From: Macrostomum lignano
Lineage: Eukaryota
Direction: 5' to 3'
DNA: 43,654 nucleotides
NCBI GenBank assembly: GCA_002269645.1
Contig: NIVC01004509.1
Span: 1-43,654 of the forward strand
Part shown: positions 12,576 to 32,390 of the stretch, in pieces
How positions within the stretch are numbered: the stretch's first letter is position 1
Layout: each line of letters starts with the position of its first letter
Position numbers and translations under genes: made by a program
The notes under the pieces: model-generated
What the model saw: the letters and a program-made list of their open reading frames with translations, nothing else
The model's database searches: none
What the model was told of the DNA's origin: nothing

Positions 12576-15500
12576 ATGCAAAAACCCATCACAGAAGCGG
12601 AAGCCCAGCGCGAGTGCGACTCAGCTGGTTGGATAATGCAGCAGCCGGAGTCGAGCGTGAGTGTTCAAGGAAAGCACGCGGTCTACTATGACAGCAGCTC
12701 TTGTGACGAGACCGACGGGGATACCCTGCCACCAGGACTTCCCGACGCGAGGAATACAGCTAGCAAACAATCTCTGAATTCGGAAAAATGTTCGGTTGAG
12801 AATTCAGACTTTCAAATGTCTGCAAACAAAGAAAAAGACACAGAAGACCCTCAAGACCCAGAAGACTCAGAAGAGTCTGAAGACCCAGAAAACACAGAAG
12901 ACCGAAAAGACCCATATTTGGAACTTCTTCAGTTTACAAAAGCAAAAAAATTCCAGAAGGCCCGGAATCTCTTAAAGCGAAATAAAAATTTTCGACCGAA
13001 AAAACTGGTGAAAGACGATACAGAAGAAGGATGCAAGAGAACTGCAGCGCACTACGCCGCAATGACTTCAGAGGGCGAAAAGACGCTTTTAAAAATTATA
13101 GAACACTTCAAGCATAAAAAAAACTGCATGCTGAAAAAAGACAGCCACCGGACAACGCCTCTGCATTACTGTATGAGTTGCTTCTCAAAAGAATCTCTGA
13201 AAGAGATTATTAAGATGGTGCAGAAACCCAAATACTTTTACAGAACAAACTGCGATGGCGATACCGTGTTCCATTTTGCCGCCGTCAACTTAAACCGCCC
13301 AGAAGAGAAAAATATTTCGACAGATTACTCGTGCGACTCAGACAGCAGCGAAGAAAACGCAGAGAAATGTGAAAAAATGAAGGTTAAGAACCAGGTAACC
13401 GACTACCAGGAAAGCGTCAACAAGGAAAGTAGCAGCAAGAAAAGTGATAGCGTGGGGGAAAGTAGCAGCACGGAAAGTGACAGCGAGGAGGAAAGTGACA
13501 GCGAGGAGGAAAGTTTTGGAGAATCCAGCTGCGTTCGCTGGATTCGCGGCGCGAGTTCCTGTTGCAGCGCTACTGTTACTCCTGATGACGGAAGCAATCA
13601 AGCAGCCAACGAAGGGGAACGCAAAGACGGTGATGAATCGCAAGATAAAACGAATGAAGAACCATCTACACTATTTGGGTTAGTTCTTGCAAAAATACGA
13701 GTACTCGTACATACTCGTAAAAAAGATGGCGGAGAAGTGAAAAAAGAGGCGGAAAGTGCAAAAAAAGTTCTCTTGTTAAAGAACAAAAAGGAACAGACAG
13801 TGCTGCATCTGGCTGCAATGCATGCAAGCCCTAAGGAACTCAGTTTTCTACTGAAAACTGCCTGCAATCTCTACAAAGCATGCTTGGAAGCACAGGACAG
13901 AGATGGCTACAACTTTTGTCATTATGCAGTTCAGAACGAGAACCAGAATGATAAAATTGTAGACCAACTGTTGTCCGTTCTTGACAAAGTGGAAAAAGAA
14001 AGGGTCTCCACACTGATAGGCGAATACGCTACTCAAAAAGCTCAAAAATCTCAACAAGCTCAAAAAGCTCAGAGACTCACGCTACTCCAGACAGCAATCG
14101 ACAGTAAAAGTTGCAAAGATAATACCGTAGTAAAAATCTACAAAAAGCTGAAAAGTCTTGGAAATGAAGGTAAGATCGACTTCAAAAAGTACATCGAACA
14201 ACAAAACAAGTGTGGAAACACGGCGCTTATTCTGGCTGCAATGAGTTTCAACAAAGAAGAGAAAAAGTACAAAACAGCGGGGAAGTTATTTCATCGCACA
14301 GATAGACAACACTGGGTTGTCATGAATAACCAAGGCAAAAGCGCGTTGCATCTTGCACTTCAAAGCTCGCAATTTACGGAACACTTGAGGAAATGGCACA
14401 AAAATACCTACAAGGAACTGATTTCTGAGAACACACTCGACAGAGATGGCAGATCGTGCCAATTCTACGCGTGTATGAGGTGGAATTTTGATCTTTTTCT
14501 GCCCAACAAAATTTCGCCGTGCACGGACTTCGACAAAAATACGCTGCTCCACGCATTGTTCTTCTATACCGGAAAACTTTCAGAGGACAGCCAAGACGAG
14601 CCTGACCAACGTGTTGAAAACTTTATGAAAGTATTTTTGAAAATTGCGTCAGTAACCGATATAGCAGCGGAAAATGACCTCGGTCAGAACTGCCTTCACG
14701 CTTCGACCCTAACAGAAGATACTTTGGAGAAGATACTGAGTAAAACAGCTTCGGTAGAAAATGAAGGGAAAGACTCAAACCAAGACAATACATGCTTCGT
14801 TGCGAGATTTCGCAAAGAATTAGAAAAGCTTCTAAAGGCATCAAACGGCTCTCATGCCATCCATTCGTTTGCGAGCAAATACAAGCTCAAAAAAGTAGCT
14901 CCACTATTGGCCAAACTGTCTGATTTGCCTACGGAGTCCCTGCTGCAGCTTACAGTAAGCAGCGGTCCGCTCAAGGGTGCCACCTGTCTGCACTTCGCCT
15001 GCGAGACCAACAATGAAGAGAACATCAAATGGCTTATGCGTCGAAGAAATTGGCAGGCCCTCGCCGCTGCTACGCACTCTAGGCTGACTGCTGTCGACTC
15101 CGCAAAAATCATTAGCCGAATGAAAGTTGTTGACGAAACGTTTAAACGCCAGGAAGAGAAATCTAAGCTAGAAATGCTCTGTCTGATCGATCCAGTTCAC
15201 CACGGACTCCCATTGCCGCGCAGAACTGAAGCTCGACAGCTTCTTATCACCATGCTGGAAAAAGCATCCCGCGATAAAGTTGCCAGAGGCAAAGATAGCA
15301 AGCAGAGTAAATTCATTGGAAACTTAAATGTTGACATTAGGGAAGGCAATGAAGATGATGAACGCACGGATGAGTGTATCTTGTTCCAGGCGTTAGATCT
15401 TGATTCGCCAATCATGTTCCGATGTGCTCTCCGACTGAAAAGGGTTACTCGAGAAGTTGAGGCACGACTTTGGGACTACTTGCAGCGCAAAAGCAACAAG

Positions 15501-18217
15501 GGAAAAGAAAAAAGAAAGAAACGAGTTGCCTCATTGGCCAAGTACAATGAGCTCAGTCCGATCCTTTCACCGACCGGATCATCGGAGATGCTGGTAGTTG
15601 ACGTCGCTCTGTTCCTCAGGAAACTGAAAATCTTGCCGGAAATTATTCTGACAAGGCAGTTTGAGTTGATCCCAGTGACGCTAAGCCTGCTATTGCACCT
15701 GAGGTTGGAAATTGTTAATAGCGAAGACACCACCACGCAAAATCAACTGCTGGAACTTAAAGCAAAGCTCCTTCAAATTGCAGTGAATGCTCTAGAGTGC
15801 TTGTACGCTAATATCGACAACGCTAAAGATAAGAAGCTATTAATGAAGTATTTAAACGGCAAAATTGGCAGTTCTCAAGCGAAAAAATCTGAAGAACAGC
15901 CTAATGGCAATGATCAAACGCAAAGCCAGCAGTCTGACAACGCCAAAAGAGCAGAAAATCCGGCCCCACTCGGTCCAAAATTTCCGTGTCGGTACAAGGA
16001 GAACCAAAGTTTCATCTACAGAGGGGATACTGAACAGAGAGAAACTGCGTCGAAGCGTCATGAATACAACGGTCAGAATAAAATGAAGAACGCTGTGGAG
16101 CCAGAAAAGGATACCGTCAATTACTACTCCGTTTACGAAATGGTCAAGCTGCTTGATTCAAAAGATATTTTTGCAACTGAGTGCATCCACCGACTCGTTA
16201 GAAATAAATGGAACGAAGCACCAAAATACAACTGCCTTTCTCCTAAAACCAACTACTCTATAAACTTCTTTGCATTCATTGCCTTTTTAGTGTTTTTTGC
16301 GTGGTACTTGATTGATTTCCGGGTGACTTTTGACTGGGCTATTCCAGACGTGATAATGGCACTCTACCTGGCTTCATTTACGCTGCAAGAATCGTTTGAA
16401 ATTTACAAGGGCGCTAGCAAACGACACTTTTTGAAAGGCAGCAAAGCATTTATGTTGCCGCGATATTTTAAGGAACAGCTCAATATGTTTGACTGTGCCG
16501 CGATTCTATTCCTGTGGATCGGTCTGGTCTGGAAGTGGATCATCTTCTCACACGGCATCTCCTACCCCACTGCCTATCCCTGCCAGATGGTTCTCAGCAC
16601 CGCATTCTTGCTGTGGGGCTTCCGGTCAGTGTCCTTCCTGAGCTACTTTGAGACCATCGGACCAGTGATCTCGATGATGCGCAGCCTGCTTCTAAAGGAC
16701 CTTTTGCCTTTCGCCGCTATCACCATTGTGATATTCTACTCCTCCAGCGTCTTCTTCTTCAATCTGCTCTTCTCAACTGTAACCGCTACCGCATCCGAGC
16801 GGGAGTCAGAAGGCTACGCCACCAGCGTGTTCCTACAAGTATTCACCCTGCCGTTCACCCTGTTCCTGGATAATCCTCCAGACTACACGGAATCTGGCGG
16901 TGGAACGGACCAAGAAATCGGATCCGTTGGCAACAAGACCGGCGTCACTGCCTTCAAAAATTTCTTCGTATTTGTCTTCCTGATTGTCGTCAACATAGTG
17001 ATGGTGAACCTATTGATCGCTCTGTTCAGCCTCCGCGTGAGCACAATGGTCAGCAGGGCCCGCTGCATCTGGAGGCGAAAGCACTTTCACCTGATGCAGG
17101 AGTTTCAGCATGCCAGTCCTGTCCCTCCGCCATTTTCATTTATTTACTACATTTTAGCCTTCTCCAGGGAGGTGAATACTCGTAAGGAACGGCAGAAAGT
17201 GAAAAGTCAAGAGATGGTAAGTCGGCGAGATTTTGCATGCTATTTTTTCATATTCAGAAACGGATCCAGGGTTTTTTAGGGGGTCGACTGTTTTATTTTT
17301 CAAGGGGTGAATTGGAGTTTCATGTCATGACGAGCTATAGAGTTTCGTCAGTGCTATTTCAGAGCAACAATTAAGTGACAGTTTTTTTATGGACTATTTT
17401 TTCTCGCGGTCAGTTGACCCCTTGACCACGATTGACCACAATGACTGCATACGTTGCAAAAACTATATTTTATTTCTTTCATTTTTTTTATTTTAACCTT
17501 ATCCCCACCACTGTACATGTACGAGCGTACTTCTTGTCAATTTGTGCACCACAGTCCGGACGAATTGTATTAGGTTTTGAGAACAAGTAGCTGCCCATGG
17601 CTTTGCGCAGTAGATAAGCTTGGGATTACAGAGGTGGGAAGTGAAGGAAGAATGATATAAGATTTAAATTTAAATGTAGCTATTCCGAATGCATTATACT
17701 TGGTCGCTGCTCGAACTTACGCATTCGAAATTCTGAACGAATTACCGTGGATGTAGGCCATTTTAAAATGTATTAGAGGCCATGTTATCGAGACCACCTA
17801 AAAACCTTCACTCCAAATACTACGGTAAAGCAGAACCCCAGAGGACGACTAGAAAACCTAGAGCGTTCCAATTTTTTTAAAACGTGCTTTCCTAAACTTC
17901 AGGAGTGGTGGAAGTCGGATGGCAGTTCATATCCAGAAGATTATCTGAAATTCCTGAGGATCCAAGCCAGCTGCTTCAGCAGAAACCGAGCCAATTTTCT
18001 GCAACAGCTGGAAGAGAACCAGCCGGACTTTGATGCTCTGAAGGCCTTCACACGCAACTCCCTCGCTCAAATGCGCGACAAGCTGGGAGAAACTATGGAC
18101 AAGCAGGAAGAGAAGCTGGAAGGGATGAACGATAGTTTGCGCTCGGCAATGCTGGACAGGATGAACAGCTTGGAGAGTAAAGTTGACCAGTTGGTTCAAC
18201 TAATTTCAAAGAGTTGA
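12576..18217 (+). CDS. Ankyrin-repeat TRP cation channel with TRPM-like TM/TRP-box/coiled-coil C-terminus, paralog 2; exons 12576-17216 and 17903-18217 (about 1651 aa)
   Basis: Ankyrin motifs (TAAHYAA, TPLHYC, TVLHLAA, SALHLAL, ATCLHFAC), LNMFDCAAILFLWIG, IGPVISMM, VNIVMVNLLIALFS and WRRKHFHLMQEFQHASPVPPPF. Donor ATG|gtaagt at 17216/17217 and acceptor ttcag|GAG at 17902/17903 give EWWKSDGSSYPEDYLKFLRIQA plus a coiled-coil-like tail (...DRMNSLESKVDQLVQLISKS*). Confidence 0.9.
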
Positions 18218-18899
18218 TGGACAAGGCTGCAAGAAGAGCTACTGCAGGTGATAGACGAATGAGTGCACAGTAAATTTTGACTGACATATTTTAAATCGAT
18301 TTTTATTTTATCGTTCCTAAAGAAACTTTACGAGCTAATTAAAACGAATCTGTACAAATTTTGGTTATTTGCTGCAGCAAAAGATTTATTTGTTTTGATA
18401 ATGTTATATTTTTGAGAGTCAAAAGCACCTTATGGTGACTGAGACTGAATAAGATGCTGCTTAAAAGTAGAAAAGATCTGAATTAGCACAATTGTCTATT
18501 TTATCAATAATTAACTTTATCAATAAGATCTTTGACTCTTAAGGACTCAAGTCCCCATTAAGGAAAGTTTTAATGTAGGACAAATTTTCTTAAGAATGTT
18601 TTAGGGCTATAAGTATTACCATACCATAAAATAGAAAATACGGAAAACACGGCTTTAGTGATTACGAGCTAAATAATGTTGTGGGCCGCATTCCTTTAGT
18701 GAATTTTTCTAAGATTTACGTTGAAGCAGAGTTTGCCGTACCTTCTATCTACAGTAATATATCGCAGAGGTTCAAATTTTAGCTAATCTTTAGTAATAAT
18801 GCTTCCATATTATATTATACATTATCATATTTCTTGAAGCGTGTTTGTAGCTGTTTATTTAGCTAGCGTGTTTTTACGTTTAATTTAGTATTGAATTTT

Positions 18900-20003
18900 A
18901 CGTATGAAACATTCACCGACACTTGTTCAGACACTTCTACAGACACTTTAGTTTCTGTCATACGAATTGTAGGAACAAGCATTAAATTTGTTTATTCCTA
19001 ACAAACTATCAGTAAAATGCTTTATTTTAAGCTTTTTTTGCTTTATTTTATTAAATATGAATTAGGAAGTGTCCTGGACAAATTTAACATTCTTCTTCAC
19101 GTGAAGAGAATCTATGCAGAATAACAAATTTCATGATTCATATTTAATAAAATAAAGCAAAAAAGCTTAAAATAAAGCATTTTACTGATAGTTTGTTAGG
19201 AATAAACAAATTTAATGCTTGTTCCTACAATTCGTATGACAGAAACTAAAGTGTCTGTAGAAGTGTCCGAATAAGTGTCGGTGCAAGGACGACTTAAGTA
19301 GAAGGACGGGAAACCTCGTTTCTTAGAAAATTTTTGAAGGCACTTTTTCCCGAAAAAATACACTGCGGAGATAGGAAGTTTTCATTTTTTCAGCACAAAA
19401 ATTGCTATAACTTTTGATAGGAGGCAGATCCAGTGTTGATCTTTTGATATGTTGTGCCTTTTTTATTGCTCTATCGATATTTATAAAGCTTTCCGTTCAG
19501 AAAATTAGGATTCTATGTTAATTTTTTATTCTACGTATATTTTCATGTGTCTTGTGCTTGAAATACATTAGAATGCCACGGCTTGGCTCTTTGATTTTAT
19601 GAGTCTATTTTATCCTTCTTACCTGACTGTATAGCAAATAGTCGTAACATAGATGATAAAATAGATTCATAAAACCAAATATTAGAGCTGTGTCATGCAT
19701 TTTTGTGATTTTTAGATACAGGAAATATACGTAGAATAAAAAATTAACATAGAATCCTAATTTTCTGAACGGAAAGCTTTATAAATATCGATAGAGCAAT
19801 AAAAAAGGCACAACATATCAAAAGATCAACACTGGATCTGCCTCCTATCAAAAGTTATAGCAATTTTTGTGCTGAAAAAATGAAAACTTCCTATCTCCGC
19901 AGTGTATTTTTTCGGGAAAAAGTGCCTTCAAAAATTTTCTAAGAAACGAGGTTTCCCGTCCTTCTACTTAAGTCGTCCTTGTGTCGGTGAATGTTTCATA
20001 CGT
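18900..20003. mobile_element. Outer palindromic MITE (about 163-bp TIRs) interrupted by a second MITE
   Basis: Left arm 18900-19062 is the inverted repeat of 19136-19283 plus 19990-20003. Flanking direct repeat tgaatttt at 18892-18899 and 20004-20011 (8-9 bp TSD). Confidence 0.85.
19284..19981. mobile_element. Inner foldback MITE (259-bp TIRs starting CAAGG, 8-bp TSD; hAT- or P-like)
   Basis: 19284-19542 and 19723-19981 are near-perfect inverted repeats and the core is also partly palindromic. TSD tgtcggtg at 19276-19283 and 19982-19989. Confidence 0.9.
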
Positions 20004-21250
20004 TGAATTTTTCTATATTCGTGTTTTAATAGCTCTTTGTTAGAATGCTCCAGTAGCTATTCTTTATATAATGTTATCTATTTCCCAGATGCGTTTTTAG
20101 TAGCTTTTGTTACAATTTTCAATAGCATACAAACAAATCATTTTTGGTATATGGATGTAATTCCATAACTGTTTGAGTAGCTATTTGTTAGCGTGTTCCA
20201 AATTCTACATAAAATTATCTGCTTCTCAAGATGTTGGTTCTCGTAGCTTTTCTTTAGCATTTTCCCATATTCTTTATATTTTCTAGATGCGCGTTTTGCA
20301 TGTAGTTGCGTGCTTAATTACTTAGAAGTTAGTTACATTTTACATTATTTTTATACGCGTGAGTGCCTTTTATCTTAAATAAGTTCTCATGTACAGTACG
20401 TAGTCTTTAACACTATCTATAGATTTTTCTAATACTCTTAATCTCGCTATGTACTTTTGAAATAAAATATAGTTAGCAGTTTTCATCATTAAGACAAGTT
20501 AGTTTTTTAATGTAGATAGATTTTTTGCTGAATAAGGATTTTTTCCGCTAAATTCCGTTCAATGAATTGGTTTCATTACAAAAAAGAATATATTCGAACA
20601 AAAACTCATATTAAGTCAGCATAAATTTAGTGAGAATACGACTGACGTTTATTTGCAAAAAAACACTTGTGGCAAATACTTTGAATTGTTAAAACAACGA
20701 TAACAAACAAGTGATTCTAGTCGACTCAGGATGAGAATCAATAAAGAAATTATAAATCCTAAACAGATGTACATGTACATGTCTAAAGTGCATCCAATCG
20801 CTGAATGATTTAAAATAAATGGTGCCCGCTGCTCAGCAGTAGGCGACGCTCACATTCTACATGTAAAAGTAAATAAGCAAGTTTTTTTTCGAGCTCCTGG
20901 CCCTCAAAAATTGAAATTAGCTATAATAACGTTGATGAATAAAAATACATGTACCTGTATTGAAAAAAAGACAGCAGAAACTGGCTAAATCTAGGTGATC
21001 TGCAGATTACTATAGACTAACGCAGCTATTTCACATGCTCTCAAATGGAGATCCACAGAAAGGCACGTGAAATTAAACAATTAAATGTCGGCGTATAGCT
21101 GGAAAATTTTGGTTGCGACTTGTGCGATTTACGTACATGTTTGCCAACCCTAATACATGTATCACAGAGAGTATACAATGCTTGACAATATGAAAGTCAA
21201 GGTCGCGGTGCACCCTGTGAGTGTTTCTGCATTCTCTAACTACTCGTATA

Positions 21251-21268
21251 ACGAACTAACTAACTAAG

Positions 21269-21299
<31 letters not shown>

Positions 21300-21348
21300 G
21301 TAAATAACTAACTAACTAACTAACTTACTTACTTACTTACTAACTAAA

Positions 21349-21381
<33 letters not shown>

Positions 21382-21396
21382 TACTTACTAACTAAA

Positions 21397-21435
<39 letters not shown>

Positions 21436-21436
21436 T

Positions 21437-21498
<62 letters not shown>
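21251..21498. repeat. (TAAC)n tetranucleotide microsatellite
   Basis: Long run of actaactaac with minor variants. Confidence 0.95.
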
Positions 21499-21696
21499 GC
21501 TGATTGACTAACAAACAAAGTAACTATCTTGCTAACAATCTTACTAACTAATTAAAAATTACAAAATTGGTAAAAAATGACTTATTTTAAACTTGTCCAC
21601 TGCGTTACCAGCGTAGAATGCCTTCATTGCTCCGTTCAAGTTCTCCAAACATTGCTGGAGTGGCAGCGGAAGGTTAATATTGTATACATTTTTGTT

Positions 21697-30839
<9,143 letters not shown>

Positions 30840-32245
30840 GTAGTTTTTATACCTCTATTTTTGCTGTTGTCCAGGGGTGTAGCATATTTTTATTTATGGT
30901 AGCAGGGTAAACAATTTGATGTTTAGTGGGATCGCAAAACGGTAAACCTCAAAAAATGAGGTTAAGTAAGCAGATTAAAAAGGTGGAAGACTCAGAATAA
31001 GTACGTAATTTTGCTTATTTTTATACCTATATAAAACACTAGAGTAAAAAATTACGTCCCTAATTAAAGAAAACAAGTTTAAGATTTTAATTTACTATTT
31101 TTGCATTTCGCTTTGTTATATTTTTATAACTAGCAAATACTTTTTAGCCGCTAATTGTAACACCGGCGACGTGGGGGTGCAATTCTGGCGCTCTGATCAC
31201 AAGCTCATGTCCTTTCATCTGATGGCCGTGCGTAGCGCAAATCATATCATGTGGAGACAAAACTCTACGAGCACTAGTTAGAAATTTAAGCTTATCATGC
31301 AGCGACTCGCCCTGCTGGGGGAAATCTATGCATGCAATATATCATGCATCTTCGCGCCAACCATCCACGATCACGTCGTACCAGAAGCGAATGAATTTGC
31401 AACTGTATGGGGCAGATTTTAGCATTTCTGATACTAATAAAAAGCCTCGAGAGATGCCAGTGACTTGAACACATTTCTAATAATGGATACATGTTACATT
31501 TACATGTTAGCCGATTGTACATTTGTCGCACAAGCACAGTGCAGTTGCTCGCATGATGCCAACAAACAGCAAGCTGAGTCTTAACAGCTCGCCTGCTTCA
31601 AAGCCATGCACTCGCAGCCACGAGCTGATGCGAGGAAAAGAAGCACTCATGGCCACAGCCACACCGAAGAGCCGTGGCAAACTGCTTTTTGTGGCAAGAA
31701 ACCACAGATGACGACGCCTTCGTCTCTTGATCCCGACTATAGCAGATTCTAGTGTCTGTTCTATTCAGTCTAGCAGTACTGTGCTATTTGTTCTATCAGC
31801 ATTTTTCTGTCTGTTCTACAGTTTATAATCTATATTAGTTTATATCTTTTAATTGTTCAGCAGGCGATATATATGCACTGAAAGCAGAAACATAGAAAAG
31901 CCAACAAGTAACGTTATGACTTTTTATTGTTTACACGATGTAGAACGCCTGACGCAGAAACCGATCGAGGTCTGAGAAAAGCCGATGCGACGTTACGCAT
32001 GCGCCGGTTGACAGCCATCTCTAAAAATGCCTGGAACCGCTGCGGTCGGCAGTCACGCGCCGCACGCAGATCTTGAAATTTTTACTGTTCGCAGAAACTT
32101 CAACTGGTGCAGCACGAGTGCACCGGCACTAAACAGCTAGACTTTGGCTGAGGGTTCGGATGCACCCAGCTGAGGCTTTGACTGACTCACGCCATTGCGA
32201 CTTTCACTATTGGACGGCATGCACCCCTAAAACTGCATTGAGCTC

Positions 32246-32252
32246 TATATAA
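32246..32252 (+). promoter_or_regulatory. Candidate TATA box of the fibrinogen-domain gene
   Basis: TATATAA about 140 bp upstream of the ATG at 32391; motif only. Confidence 0.35.
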
Positions 32253-32390
32253 GCCGATGCAGCGCACAGCCCACATTTCGCTTCTGATTTGGCTGCTTTC
32301 AATCTGCGAGACACAGCAGCAGTATTCTATTGTGCAAATCAAAGCAATAAAGCTTAACTGCATTCAGGCCCTACGCTTGCATCTCAAGCC

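Noticed and set aside
4170-17068. Short antisense or overlapping ORFs inside the two TRP genes
   Set aside because: Shadow ORFs of long coding exons with no independent signals.
21251-21498. Possible telomeric repeat
   Set aside because: The unit is TTAG/CTAA, not TTAGGG or TTAGG, and it is interstitial; treated as an ordinary microsatellite.
31156-31498. Solo-LTR-like TGTAACA...TGTTACA
   Set aside because: No matching TSD (ctaat versus tttac) and no PBS or PPT evidence.
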